64,000 bases of DNA, taken from Flavimaricola sp. (GTDB lineage: Bacteria; Pseudomonadota; Alphaproteobacteria; Rhodobacterales; Rhodobacteraceae). Where the stretch lies: NCBI GenBank assembly GCA_020629175.1, contig JAHDDU010000010.1, forward strand, positions 5,788-69,787. Direction: 5' to 3'. The notes beneath the pieces are model-generated. The model had not been told where the DNA came from and ran no database searches. It saw only the letters and a program-made list of their open reading frames with translations. The position numbers and the translations under genes are program-made. Positions 1-9,974 of this stretch are shown piece after piece. The stretch's first letter is position 1. Each line of letters starts with the position of its first letter.

Positions 1-46
1 CGACCAGAACGCCGTCGCAGTCGAAAATAATCAGTTTGGGCTGCAT
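1..46 (-). CDS. HAD-superfamily hydrolase, N-terminal fragment (gene runs off the left edge)
   Basis: Reverse complement of 1-46 reads MQPKLIIFDCDGVLV. FDxDGVL is HAD motif I. Its ATG overlaps the rsmD stop (ATGA). Confidence 0.55.
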   Translation of the reverse strand, partial: MQPKLIIFDCDGVLV

Positions 47-606
47 CATTCTGTGACCTTTAAGAAGGTGATCCAGGTGTCCCCGAATTGGCGCTGCTCG
101 AGCAGCGCGTATCCGGTTAGCGGGGCCTGTGGCAGTCGCTCTTCCCAGACGATGGTGGCCTCAGGCGCGATCCAACCCTGCGCCTGCGCGGACCGCAGCG
201 CGCTTGCGCCCAGATCATCACCATAGGGGGGATCAAGAAAGACAAGGCCGCAGGCCTGCGAGGCGTTCGGCAGGCTGTCAGCCCTCCCCTTGATCACGCT
301 GCAATCCGCCTCTCTGCGCAGCTTGGCGATGTTTTGGGCCAAGAGCGCCTGCGCGGCCTTGCCGCTATCCACAAAGGTGGCATGCACCGCGCCGCGGGAC
401 AGCGCCTCTAACCCCAAGGCCCCTGTCCCCGCAAAGAGATCAAGCACGCGGGCACCGACGACCGGATTGCCCATTTTGCCAGAGGTCAGAATGGAAAACA
501 CGCTTTCACGCACCCGGTCCGAGGTTGGCCGCAAATGGGCGGCCTCATCCCCTTTGCCAACGTCCGCCAGATGCGTCCCACGATGCTGACCTGCGATGAT
601 CCTCAC
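46..606 (-). CDS. rsmD: 16S rRNA (guanine966-N2)-methyltransferase RsmD
   Basis: 186-aa ORF with RPTSDRVRESVF and LDPPYG motifs typical of RsmD. 4-nt overlap with the upstream gene. Confidence 0.9.
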   Translation of the reverse strand: MRIIAGQHRGTHLADVGKGDEAAHLRPTSDRVRESVFSILTSGKMGNPVVGARVLDLFAGTGALGLEALSRGAVHATFVDSGKAAQALLAQNIAKLRREADCSVIKGRADSLPNASQACGLVFLDPPYGDDLGASALRSAQAQGWIAPEATIVWEERLPQAPLTGYALLEQRQFGDTWITFLKVTE

Positions 607-1814
607 AGTTTCAACAAGGCCTTCATGTCCGTCGCCGGATCACTCAACACCGCGGGATCTGGAGACTTGCCGGCCTCAATCAGGCGTTTGCCGATCATGT
701 AGTTGCGCGGGTCGTTCATTGCGTCGACTGCAATCAGTCGCTCCTCACGGTAATACCAATGCGACCGCGCGGCCTCTGCCTCACGCACATAAACGGAGTC
801 ATACCCGAGGTTCAGGCCTGCGATCTGTAGTTTGCAATCGTACTGGTCGGACCAGAACCACGGCTTGGGCGCATATGTCACCCCCTTGCCCATCATGTTT
901 TGCGCCGCCACTTCGGCCATATCAATCGCGTTGCCGACGCTTTCGATCCGGATGCGTTGGTCTTCGAACAGACAAGAGGCGCAATCGCCAGCAGCGAAAA
1001 TATGCGGGTCAGAGGTTTGCGTAGCCTCATCTGTGGCAATGCCGTTGTCGATCGTCAGCCCGGCCCCAGAGGCCAAAGCATCGGCAGGTGTGATGCCCAC
1101 GCCGACGATCACAAAATCTGCAGGAAGTTCGGTGCCATCGGCGAGGATGGCACCCGAAACAGCGCCATCCCCGGTGAGATGATCAAGGCCCACCCCTTCG
1201 ATAATCTTGACACCGTGATCCGCGTGAAGGGCCCGGAAGTAGTCTGACGTTTCAGGTGCTGCCACCCGTTGCAGAATTCTGTCCGCCATTTCCACAAGCG
1301 TCACATCGAGCCCACGTTTGGCAGCTACGGCAGCAGCCTCGAGCCCAATGTAGCCACCGCCGATGATCAACACGTGTTTGCCCTGAACCATATGCGGGGC
1401 CATTGCGTCTGCGTCGCGCAGATCACGGACGGTAAAGACATTGTCCAAGGCACCGCCAATGGCAGTGGGCAAGGTCCGGGGATGCGAACCGGTGGTCAGC
1501 GCGAGCTTGTCATATGGCAGGTTTGATCCGTCGCTCAGCTCAACGGTTTTGCCAGCGGCATCCACGGCAACGGCACGTGTGTCGAGCCGGAGGTGGATGT
1601 TGTTGTCCGCGTAAAAGCTGACCGGTCTGAGGTAGAGCCGCTCTTCCTCCATCTCGCCCAGCAAATATGCCTTGGACAAGGGCGGGCGCTGATACGGCGG
1701 GACTGCTTCGGCCCCCACCATCGTAATGTCACCTTGGAACCCTTCGGCGCGCAGCTTCGCGACGAGTGAAGATCCTGCCTGCCCTGCGCCGATGATGACG
1801 AAATGCTCTGCCAT
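603..1814 (-). CDS. FAD-dependent pyridine nucleotide-disulfide oxidoreductase (ferredoxin/rubredoxin reductase-like)
   Basis: 403 aa. N-terminal IIGAGQAG and second IIGGGYIGLE dinucleotide-binding folds. AAGDCA motif near the C-terminal third. Confidence 0.85.
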   Translation of the reverse strand: MAEHFVIIGAGQAGSSLVAKLRAEGFQGDITMVGAEAVPPYQRPPLSKAYLLGEMEEERLYLRPVSFYADNNIHLRLDTRAVAVDAAGKTVELSDGSNLPYDKLALTTGSHPRTLPTAIGGALDNVFTVRDLRDADAMAPHMVQGKHVLIIGGGYIGLEAAAVAAKRGLDVTLVEMADRILQRVAAPETSDYFRALHADHGVKIIEGVGLDHLTGDGAVSGAILADGTELPADFVIVGVGITPADALASGAGLTIDNGIATDEATQTSDPHIFAAGDCASCLFEDQRIRIESVGNAIDMAEVAAQNMMGKGVTYAPKPWFWSDQYDCKLQIAGLNLGYDSVYVREAEAARSHWYYREERLIAVDAMNDPRNYMIGKRLIEAGKSPDPAVLSDPATDMKALLKL

Positions 1815-1895
1815 TTGTTCTGCTTTCAGTGGTCATCTCATAGAGCGCACCCTATATCCTCAGACACACAACGCAATTCCTGACAGGGGCCTGAT

Positions 1896-2384
1896 ATGAC
1901 AATTTCCATCGGTGACACGCTGCCCGACGCAACTTTGCTGAAAATGGGGGCCGAAGGGCCCGAGGGCGTTCAGCTTTCCTCACTCACAGAGGGCCGCAAG
2001 GTTGTGATCTTCGCCCTGCCTGGCGCGTATACGGGCGTGTGCACAACGGCCCATGTCCCGTCATTTATGCGGGTTGCGGATGATCTGCGCGGCAAAGGGA
2101 TTGAGGACATCATCTGCATTTCCGTCAACGATCCGTTCGTGATGAAAAACTGGTCTGACAGCACCGGTGCCGCGGATGCTGGGATTGCAATGCTAGGCGA
2201 TGCGAGCGCCGAGTTCACCAAAGCCATCGGCATGGACTTTTCGGCACCTCCTGTCGGTTTGATCGATCGGTCCAAGCGCTATTCCATGGTTGTTGACAAC
2301 GGCAAAGTGACTCACCTGAACGCCGAAGGCAGCCCAGGTGAGTGCGAAATTTCCGCCGGCGAAACGCTCCGCGACCAGCTCTGA
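1896..2384 (+). CDS. Peroxiredoxin, Prx5/PrxD-like
   Basis: 162 aa. FALPGAYTGVCT peroxidatic-Cys context, and length typical of type-5 peroxiredoxins. Confidence 0.85.
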   Translation: MTISIGDTLPDATLLKMGAEGPEGVQLSSLTEGRKVVIFALPGAYTGVCTTAHVPSFMRVADDLRGKGIEDIICISVNDPFVMKNWSDSTGAADAGIAMLGDASAEFTKAIGMDFSAPPVGLIDRSKRYSMVVDNGKVTHLNAEGSPGECEISAGETLRDQL

Positions 2385-2394
2385 GGCTGCTCCG

Positions 2395-3237
2395 TTACTC
2401 GGCCCGGATCATTGTCTGGGTCGGGAACGGGATCTCAACACCAGCGACATCCAGCGCTTCTTTGACCTTGCGCTTCATATCGGCCTGATAGGCAAAGTAC
2501 TCTGGCCGCGCGACCCAAACGCGCACAAGAAAATCGACCGAGAAGTCGCCTAGATTATTCACCTGAATGAACGGCTCAGGCTCAGCCAGAGAGCGCGGGT
2601 CCGCCATGATCGTCTCGCGAATGGTTTGTTCGGCCAGCTGCAAATTTGAGCCGTAACTGACCCCAAAGATCCATTCGGCGCGGCGCTGATCATAGACTGA
2701 GTAATTGGTGATCGTGTTGCCCCAAACCTGGCTGTTGGGCACGATAACCTGGACGTTGTCGACCGTCGCAAGCTCGGTAAAGTTCAGGTTGATGTTCATG
2801 ACCGTGCCCATCTCACCATTAATGCTGACAAAGTCGCCCAGCTTGATGGGCCGGAAAAACACGATCATCACGCCAGCGGCAACGTTTGACAGCGTCCCTT
2901 GCAGTGCCAATCCAATGGCCAAGCCCGCAGCACCAAAGACCGCAATCAATGATGCTGTCTGAACGCCAAAGGTATTGAGGACGATCAAAATCGTCAGTGC
3001 GACGACAGCATACCACACGATGTTCGACAGGAAGTTGAACAGCGTTTGATCGAGGTTTTCATGCTTTTGCGCAAGGCGCACGACGCGGCGGCGGAAGAAC
3101 CGCGCAAGCATAAAGCCAACAATCAGGATCGCGACAGCGCCCACGATGTTGCCCGCAAGGCCCAGCAGGTATTCGGGAGAAATCAGGTCGGCGACGGTGC
3201 GCCCGTTCCAGATCTCAATCGCGAGGAAGTTTTCCAT
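2395..3237 (-). CDS. Mechanosensitive ion channel family protein (MscS-like)
   Basis: 280 aa. Three N-terminal TM helices, then FRPIKLGDFV..G..G.V..I....T beta-domain motif of MscS. Confidence 0.85.
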   Translation of the reverse strand: MENFLAIEIWNGRTVADLISPEYLLGLAGNIVGAVAILIVGFMLARFFRRRVVRLAQKHENLDQTLFNFLSNIVWYAVVALTILIVLNTFGVQTASLIAVFGAAGLAIGLALQGTLSNVAAGVMIVFFRPIKLGDFVSINGEMGTVMNINLNFTELATVDNVQVIVPNSQVWGNTITNYSVYDQRRAEWIFGVSYGSNLQLAEQTIRETIMADPRSLAEPEPFIQVNNLGDFSVDFLVRVWVARPEYFAYQADMKRKVKEALDVAGVEIPFPTQTMIRAE

Positions 3238-3525
3238 TCAAAGTCCAGCAATCTTGTCCATCCGCTCGGCCAGTTTGGCATCCAAATCGCTCAGCCCGCC
3301 GGTGTCATGCGTGGTCAGCGTGACGACGACAGTCTTGTAGACATTCGACCACTCGGGATGATGGTTCAGTTTCTCGGCGTGTAACGCGCATTGGGTCATA
3401 AACGCAAAGGCCTCGATAAAGTTTCCAAAGACATATGTCTTTTCCACCGCGTCACGGCCCTCCACCATCGTCCAGCCAGCAGCGAAAAGTGCGGCGCGAC
3501 CGGCCTCATCCAAAGCTGTGCTCAT
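3238..3525 (-). CDS. phhB: 4a-hydroxytetrahydrobiopterin (pterin-4a-carbinolamine) dehydratase
   Basis: 95 aa. HHPEW..VY..V...L.THD signature of the PCD/DCoH family. Confidence 0.9.
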   Translation of the reverse strand: MSTALDEAGRAALFAAGWTMVEGRDAVEKTYVFGNFIEAFAFMTQCALHAEKLNHHPEWSNVYKTVVVTLTTHDTGGLSDLDAKLAERMDKIAGL

Positions 3526-4706
3526 TCCTGTTCCTCCACTTTGGGGCGTTTGAACGGCCCATAGTCCGTCAGCACTTCAATATCGTGATCAACAGCCTCT
3601 GTCTCGGCTCGCAAATAATCAGCCACTGCACCGCGAAACCCCTCATCCGCCAACCAATGAAGCGAATGCGTGGCCACAGGCAGATACCCACGCGCGAGCT
3701 TGTGCTCGCCCTGGGCCCCCGCCTCGACACGCGAAAACCCATTGGCGATGGCGTAGTCGATCGCCTGATAGTAGCAGATTTCAAAATGCAGGCAGGGGTG
3801 ATGCTCGGTGCAGCCCCAGTATCGGCCATACAGCGTATCGCGGCCAATCATGTTCAGCGCCCCAGCCACAGGCACACCGTCGCGCAGTGCCAGAACCAGA
3901 AGGATGTCATCCCTCAGGGTTTCCTGCGCGATGTCAAAGAAGCGCCGTGTCAGATACGGCTGGCCCCATTTTCGGGCACCAGTGTCTTGGTAGAACTCCC
4001 AGAATGCATCCCAATGTTCGGGCTCAATTTGATCGCCGGTCAGCCGCACGATCTGGCCACCGAACGCCTGTGCTTGCGCGCGTTCTTTGCGGATATTTTT
4101 GCGCTTGCGAGACGAGAGGGCGGCAAGGAACGTTTCAAAATCAGGATACCCGTCGTTCAGCCAATGAAACTGTTGCCCGATCCGCGGCAAAAGCCCCATC
4201 TCGGCCCCTGCAAGGCTCTCGGCTTCGGTGCAGAAGGTGATGTGAAGCGATGACAATTGGTTGTCAGAAGCGATCTGCACGGCACCCTGGACGAGTGCTG
4301 CCATACCGTCCACCTCATGCCCCGGTCGGGTCAGGAACCGCCGCCCCGTGGCGGGCGTGAAGGGAACGGCGATCTGGAGTTTGGGGTAATAGCGTCCGCC
4401 TGCCCGCTCCCAAGCATGCGCCCAGTTGTGATCAAAGATGTACTCGCCTTGCGAATGGCCCTTGGCATAAAGCGGTGCGACAGCGATCACCTCATCGCCG
4501 CGTCGTGCCGACAGATATCGCGGTTGCCAACCGCTTCCGGGACCGACTGATCCGCTTGCTTCCATCGCCGAAAGCACGCGGTAGGTGGTAAAAGGATCAA
4601 TCGGACGCCCCTCCGCCCCTTCAGGGCAGGCGCAGGCATCCCAATCGGCCTGCCCGATCTCGGACAGCGAAACATGCGCGGTAATCTCAATTTTATCGTC
4701 CGACAC
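3522..4706 (-). CDS. GNAT-like N-acetyltransferase, DUF482 / FemAB-like family
   Basis: 394 aa. Conserved pattern (YPKLQ..VPFTP..G.R, SRKRK.IRKER, YGRYWG, FE.CYYQ.I.YAI) matches the DUF482 family as I recall it. 4-nt overlap with phhB. Confidence 0.7.
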   Translation of the reverse strand: MSDDKIEITAHVSLSEIGQADWDACACPEGAEGRPIDPFTTYRVLSAMEASGSVGPGSGWQPRYLSARRGDEVIAVAPLYAKGHSQGEYIFDHNWAHAWERAGGRYYPKLQIAVPFTPATGRRFLTRPGHEVDGMAALVQGAVQIASDNQLSSLHITFCTEAESLAGAEMGLLPRIGQQFHWLNDGYPDFETFLAALSSRKRKNIRKERAQAQAFGGQIVRLTGDQIEPEHWDAFWEFYQDTGARKWGQPYLTRRFFDIAQETLRDDILLVLALRDGVPVAGALNMIGRDTLYGRYWGCTEHHPCLHFEICYYQAIDYAIANGFSRVEAGAQGEHKLARGYLPVATHSLHWLADEGFRGAVADYLRAETEAVDHDIEVLTDYGPFKRPKVEEQE

Positions 4707-4765
4707 GAATATCCCTCAGGCTGCACGGTTACATGGTGTGCAGCCAAGCCCGGTCAATCGCCATT

Positions 4766-5518
4766 TCAGGCAAGATACCCTTCAAAGGTGATATTTTGGC
4801 AGACCTTACGCGCTTCGGCCTCGGCTTCGGGCGATTTGATCGTCCAGCACAGGATATCTGCACCTGCAGCCTTCAGATCAGAAACGCGCGCGCGGCCCAA
4901 ATCCGCGGCTTCATGACTGATAAAGCTGGACCCAGAGCGTTCGTAGTCTGGAATATCACGTAAGGTCTCGCAAACCGATTTCGGTAGAGGTTGCCAGGTG
5001 TCCGGATCATAAGCGGAGGTCACGAGACCCCGCACGATGTTGGGCGCTACGGCACGCATTGCCATCACGGAGTACGGATTGAACGACATGACTGCGACAG
5101 GTCCCTTGTAGGCCTCCAGGGCCTGCGCTGTCGCCAACTCAAGAGGCCCAACGTTCGATCCCATCGCCCCGTCCTGATCCTTGATCTCAATCAGCAGAGG
5201 CACACGGCCTCCCACCATGCCCAAAACTTGCGCAAGCGTCGGAATGCCCGTGGCGCCACCGGTCAGGATAATCTGGGCAAGCTCATCCGCTGTACGTTGT
5301 GCGACAGGGCCGGTTTCTCCAGTCAACCTCCCGAGGTGATAGTCGTGAAAAACCATCGGTACTTTGTCGGCAGAAAGCTGGAGATCAATCTCGATCCCAT
5401 AACCACGGTCTATGGCTGCCGCGACAGCCTCTAGGCTATTTTCCGGACGGCCCGCGTCCTTGTCATGCAGACCGCGGTGGGCCAGCGGCTTGGTCAGGAA
5501 ATCAGGATGCAAGCTCAT
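4766..5518 (-). CDS. Glycerophosphodiester phosphodiesterase family protein
   Basis: 250 aa. HRG....PENSL.A, IE.D.Q...D..PVVFHD motifs of the GDPD fold. Confidence 0.85.
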   Translation of the reverse strand: MSLHPDFLTKPLAHRGLHDKDAGRPENSLEAVAAAIDRGYGIEIDLQLSADKVPMVFHDYHLGRLTGETGPVAQRTADELAQIILTGGATGIPTLAQVLGMVGGRVPLLIEIKDQDGAMGSNVGPLELATAQALEAYKGPVAVMSFNPYSVMAMRAVAPNIVRGLVTSAYDPDTWQPLPKSVCETLRDIPDYERSGSSFISHEAADLGRARVSDLKAAGADILCWTIKSPEAEAEARKVCQNITFEGYLA

Positions 5519-5979
5519 TTGATCTGAAAGATGCCGTCAATCTCGACAGCAACTCCAAAGGGGAGAGAGGGCGCAGAAACGGCAGCGCGAGCGTGTTTGC
5601 CAGCGTCACCCAACGCTTCAGCCATGAGGTCAGACGCTCCATTAATCACCTTGGGCTGATCGGTGAAATCCGGCGTCGAGTTCACAAACCCGCCGAGCTT
5701 TACCACCTTTACCAATCGGTCCAGATCACCGCCACAGGCGGCTTTGACCTGCGCGAGCAAGGCGATAGCGCAGGTCCGCGCAGCAGCGGCGCCGGCCTCA
5801 ACATCCATGTCCGCACCGAGTTTTCCCGTGATAAATCCATCGGGGCCTTGCGCGATTTGTCCTGAGACATGCACGAGGTTTCCCACAACAACATAGGGCA
5901 CATAGTTGGCCGCCGGAGCCGGCGCATCGGGCAAAGTTACGCCTAATTCTGCAAGCTTGGTTTCAAACGTTCCTGTCAT
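5515..5979 (-). CDS. RidA/YjgF family protein
   Basis: 154 aa. YVPYV..GN.V.VSGQ... and C-terminal VEI..I pattern typical of RidA-like proteins. 4-nt overlap with the GDPD gene. Confidence 0.8.
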   Translation of the reverse strand: MTGTFETKLAELGVTLPDAPAPAANYVPYVVVGNLVHVSGQIAQGPDGFITGKLGADMDVEAGAAAARTCAIALLAQVKAACGGDLDRLVKVVKLGGFVNSTPDFTDQPKVINGASDLMAEALGDAGKHARAAVSAPSLPFGVAVEIDGIFQIK

Positions 5980-6037
5980 CGGGCATCCCTCTCAACATGA
6001 TTTGGGAGAGGCTACCGCGCAGCGCTGTTAGGGGCAA

Positions 6038-7339
6038 TCAACCTTCGCGGAATGCTTTGGCAAAATAGTCAGTGAGCGGTTTGATCAGATAGTCCAGCGG
6101 GCTGCGTTCATCCGTGGCGAGATAGGCCTCCACCGGCATACCTGGGATCAGGGTCATATCATCCGGCAGCCGCGTGATCTCACCTTCATTCAGTGCAATC
6201 TCTGTGCGGTAATAGCTGACCTGATTGTTCTGATCCTGAAAGGCATCGGCTGAGACTTGGGTCACCGTCGCAAAAAGCTCTGGTGTCCGGCGTTGATCAA
6301 ATGCGGGAAAGCGAACGGCCACTTCTTGGCCCACAAAAATCTGGTCAATATCCTGCGGCAAAACCTGCGTGGTGATAACCAGAGGACGATCCTGCGGCAC
6401 GAGATACAGAACCGGGTCCGCCGCCCGAATGACGGACCTTGGCGCAAAGACTTGCAAGCCGTAAACGACCCCTGCGACAGGCGCACGAATGTCCAGCCGG
6501 TCAAGGCGCGTCGTCAGTGTCCGGCGACGCTCGGACAGTTCAATTTCATTGTACTGAAGATCGCGCAGTCGCGTGATCGCATCTTCCCGCGTGGTGGTCC
6601 GCAAGCGCAATATCTCGATCTCAATCTCGGTAATCCGCCCCTCGGCCTGCGCGACAGAGGCCGTCAGTTCACCGCTGCGCCCTTCCAGATTCGCCGTTTC
6701 GCGCTGCAGCGCCAAAACACGCGCCGCTTGCGCGAGCCCTCGGTCCAGCAAATCCTGCTGCGTAGCAAGCTCTTCCGCGATAAGGTCCAACTGCTCTGCC
6801 AAGGCGACGCGTTGCGCTTCGATTCCTTCAATCTGACTGGAGATCTGTGCCCTGCGGCGCGACAATTGCTCGGCCTGTTGGGCCAGCGTATCGCGACGCG
6901 CTGCGAACAATCGTTCTTGGCCCGCCATTAGCTCGGCAGCCACCTGCTTTTCGGACGCGAGCAGATAGGGATCAAAATCTAGCGCTTCCGCATCGTCTCG
7001 TTCCGCCTCCAGCCGCGCACGGCGGGCCATCACTTCAAGAAGTTGCCCTTCGACAACGGCCAGCTCCGAACTGAGCGTTTCTGCATCAAGCCTGATGAGG
7101 ATGTCGCCCGCACCGACGGTCGCGCCTTCGCTTACCAGAATTTCATCGACGACACCGCCATCCGGATGCTGCACGACCTGACGATTTTGATCGACTTCGA
7201 TCTGGCCCGTCGAAATGACAGCCCCCGTGATCTGCGCCATCACAGCCCAGCCGCCAAAGCCGCCAACCAGCACCAGCAGGCCAAGAATGCCCAGCATCAT
7301 CGGCCCACGGACGGTGCGTTTGGAAACATCCTTGCTCAT
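6038..7339 (-). CDS. Type I secretion membrane-fusion (HlyD-family) adaptor
   Basis: 433 aa. N-terminal TM anchor, long coiled-coil middle, and C-terminal G.P.E.....ER.PL.YL..P motif of HlyD/PrtE adaptors. 4-nt overlap with the ABC gene. Confidence 0.9.
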   Translation of the reverse strand: MSKDVSKRTVRGPMMLGILGLLVLVGGFGGWAVMAQITGAVISTGQIEVDQNRQVVQHPDGGVVDEILVSEGATVGAGDILIRLDAETLSSELAVVEGQLLEVMARRARLEAERDDAEALDFDPYLLASEKQVAAELMAGQERLFAARRDTLAQQAEQLSRRRAQISSQIEGIEAQRVALAEQLDLIAEELATQQDLLDRGLAQAARVLALQRETANLEGRSGELTASVAQAEGRITEIEIEILRLRTTTREDAITRLRDLQYNEIELSERRRTLTTRLDRLDIRAPVAGVVYGLQVFAPRSVIRAADPVLYLVPQDRPLVITTQVLPQDIDQIFVGQEVAVRFPAFDQRRTPELFATVTQVSADAFQDQNNQVSYYRTEIALNEGEITRLPDDMTLIPGMPVEAYLATDERSPLDYLIKPLTDYFAKAFREG

Positions 7340-9096
7340 GTGACACCCCCGCCACCAACCGACTGCTGAATTTGCTGATGGTTCTGAACCATGTCGCGCA
7401 GCACCTCATCCTTGGGGCCAAAGGCACGCCGGGTGCCGCCATCAATGACCAGCAACATATCACATTCCTGAATGGCCGCCGGGCGATGTGCCATGATCAA
7501 AACAATGCGTCCTGCCCGTTTGAATTCTTTGATCGCGTTGTTGAGTGCGGCGGAGCCATCATTGTCGAGGTTCGAGTTTGGCTCATCCAACACAAGCATC
7601 ACAGGATCGCCGTACATCGCACGCGCCAAACCGATCCGCTGCATTTGTCCACCCGACAGCCGCCCTCCATTCGCAGACACGCGGGTGTCATAACCCTCTG
7701 GCAGTTTGAGGATCATCTCGTGCGCACCGGCACGTTTGGCCGCAAGGACCACAGCGGCGTCATCCGGTTCGGGCGAGAGGCGGGCAATGTTATCCTTGAT
7801 CGTGCCGTCAAACAGGCTCACACGTTGCGGCATATAGCCGATATGGCGGCCCAGAACGTCCGGCTCATATTGATCGAGTGCTGCGCCATCCAGCCGGATC
7901 TTTCCCGCGGCGGGCGTGATGAGGCCGGTCAGTGCTTTGGCCAGCGTCGACTTGCCGGAACCGGACGAGCCGATGACACCCACCGCCTGCCCGGGACGCA
8001 CCTGAAAACTCATCATCCGAATAGTGGCCACCTGCTCGCCCGGCAGCACAACGGTCGCCTGCTCCACATCCAAATGACCTTTGGGAGAGGGTAAGGCTGT
8101 GCGCCCCTCACTTTCAGGGATCGTCCCAAGAAGGCGCGCAAGCGACGACCACCCCTCTTTCGCGCGCTGAAACATCGCGGATTGGCCGACGATCAACTCA
8201 ATAGGTGCCAGCGCCCGGCCCAACAGGATTGACCCCGCGATCATCGCACCGGGGGACAGCTCGTTTTGCAAAACCAAATAGGCCCCAAGGCCCAGCATTG
8301 CCGACTGCAAGAACAGGCGCACGGCCTTCGTCGTGCCGGTGAATGCACCGCCTGTTTCGGTAGCGGCAAGGCTCGCATCCAGCGATTTTGTCCGGGCCCG
8401 TTGCCAGCGAGCAAAGGCTGCTTCGCGCATCCCGAGTGACATGACCAATTCGCTTTCAGACCGGATCTGCGCCCCAAGGGCCTCAGATTGCACCGTCGCT
8501 GCGTTCAGCGTCTCAAGCGGGCGGCGGGACGTGGCCTGATTGGCGATAGCGAGGGCGATAAGGACCGCCGCGCCAACGAGAGCGAGAATGCCGAGATAAC
8601 TGTGGAAAATGAATATCCCCAGAAAGAACAGCGGAGCAAAGGGCAAATCAAACACCGCCATCAGCGCGGGCGAGGCCACCAGCCGCTGTACCGCTTCAAG
8701 GTCGCGCTGGGCCGTCGCCGCTTCTTTACGGACAGCTGCGTTTGACGTGCCGCGAATACCAGCGGAAAACACGCGTTCGTCCAGCCGGGCCTGCAAACGC
8801 GCTCCGACGCGGCCCATGATCCGGCCTCGCACGATGTCCAAAAGACCCATCATCGCGAACAAAAAAGCCACGAGAACGGACAGTGCGATCAAGGTCTCAA
8901 GCGACCGCGAGCCCAGTACGCGGTCATACACATTCAACATATACAACGGGCCGGTCAGCATCAGCATGTTCACAAAAAAGCTAAAGGCCGCCACAGCCCA
9001 ATACAGCGCACGGCTTTCAGCGCGTGCGGCACGGAGTTCTGCTAGGCCTGTTTTTGTCACCTGATCGTTCATCGGCGTACTTTCGCTCTGCTCCAT
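7336..9096 (-). CDS. Type I secretion ABC permease/ATPase (PrtD-type, no C39 peptidase domain)
   Basis: TM domain begins about 35 aa from MEQSE. Walker A GSSGSGKST, signature LSGGQMQR, Walker B LVLDEP. The first 23 codons of the tracked ORF (to 9165) are probably not translated. Start could also be 9072. Confidence 0.88.
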   Translation of the reverse strand: MEQSESTPMNDQVTKTGLAELRAARAESRALYWAVAAFSFFVNMLMLTGPLYMLNVYDRVLGSRSLETLIALSVLVAFLFAMMGLLDIVRGRIMGRVGARLQARLDERVFSAGIRGTSNAAVRKEAATAQRDLEAVQRLVASPALMAVFDLPFAPLFFLGIFIFHSYLGILALVGAAVLIALAIANQATSRRPLETLNAATVQSEALGAQIRSESELVMSLGMREAAFARWQRARTKSLDASLAATETGGAFTGTTKAVRLFLQSAMLGLGAYLVLQNELSPGAMIAGSILLGRALAPIELIVGQSAMFQRAKEGWSSLARLLGTIPESEGRTALPSPKGHLDVEQATVVLPGEQVATIRMMSFQVRPGQAVGVIGSSGSGKSTLAKALTGLITPAAGKIRLDGAALDQYEPDVLGRHIGYMPQRVSLFDGTIKDNIARLSPEPDDAAVVLAAKRAGAHEMILKLPEGYDTRVSANGGRLSGGQMQRIGLARAMYGDPVMLVLDEPNSNLDNDGSAALNNAIKEFKRAGRIVLIMAHRPAAIQECDMLLVIDGGTRRAFGPKDEVLRDMVQNHQQIQQSVGGGGVT

Positions 9097-9218
9097 TGTG
9101 AGGTGCCGTCCCTTTGTGGCATCAAGATGGAGAATTGTCTGGTAAGAATAAACAATACCGCACATTTCTGCCTATTTGTGATGTAATCGGCAGTCTTTCG
9201 CCTTATGTCGCAAACAAC

Positions 9219-9974
9219 GTGAAGTCTTTGACAGGAGCCCCCGTGTCTCGCGCCCCTATCGTCTCTTTGATCTTTGTGGTTCTGAGCATCGCTGCCTGCA
9301 CTCCCGCGCCTGACGGCGTGCAAATACACGATCCCTTTGAAGCGCAAAACAGGGACATCCACGCCTTTAACGTCGCTTTGGATCGGGCCTTTGTCCGCGG
9401 TGCGTCTGGAGTGAGCGAGGCCGCGCCAGAAGAGCTGACCCAGCCGATCGTCAATTTTGCGGACAACGTCGGGCTGCCAGGCGCCGTTTTGAACGGGCTC
9501 CTTCAGGGCGACATCGGCGGGGCCGCGACCAACACGATGCGGTTTGTGATCAACTCAACAGTCGGTGTTTTTGGCCTCCTGGACCCCGCAGGCGCCATTG
9601 GGCTGGCTGAGGAAGAGACGGACTTTGGCGAAACGCTTTATGTCTGGGGGTTGCCAGAAGGTGCCTATGTTGAGCTCCCGTTTTATGGTCCGTCGACCGA
9701 ACGGGACGCCGTCGGGCGGATCGTGGATGCGATAATTGATCCGCTGGGGCGTGTCGGGTCTGCCCCTCAGCTGGAATACGGCGGGATCGCGCGCGTTGCA
9801 GGGCAAGTCGTGGAGCGTGGTCGTCTTGGCGACACACTTGATGATATTCTGTACGAAAGCGCCGATAGTTACGCACAAGCTCGCCTGATCTATCTGCAAA
9901 ACCGCCGATTTGAACTTGGCGATGAGGCCAGCACGACGGATGAAAGCTTTGTCGACCCATTCGAGGACTTTTGA
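9219..9974 (+). CDS. mlaA: MlaA/VacJ family lipoprotein
   Basis: DPFE..NR..F.FN..LD, NF..N...P....N..LQG, R..INST.G..G..D motifs. Lipobox-like LSIAAC. In-frame GTG starts at 9219 or 9243 are preferred over the tracked ATG at 9114. Confidence 0.85.
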   Translation: MKSLTGAPVSRAPIVSLIFVVLSIAACTPAPDGVQIHDPFEAQNRDIHAFNVALDRAFVRGASGVSEAAPEELTQPIVNFADNVGLPGAVLNGLLQGDIGGAATNTMRFVINSTVGVFGLLDPAGAIGLAEEETDFGETLYVWGLPEGAYVELPFYGPSTERDAVGRIVDAIIDPLGRVGSAPQLEYGGIARVAGQVVERGRLGDTLDDILYESADSYAQARLIYLQNRRFELGDEASTTDESFVDPFEDF

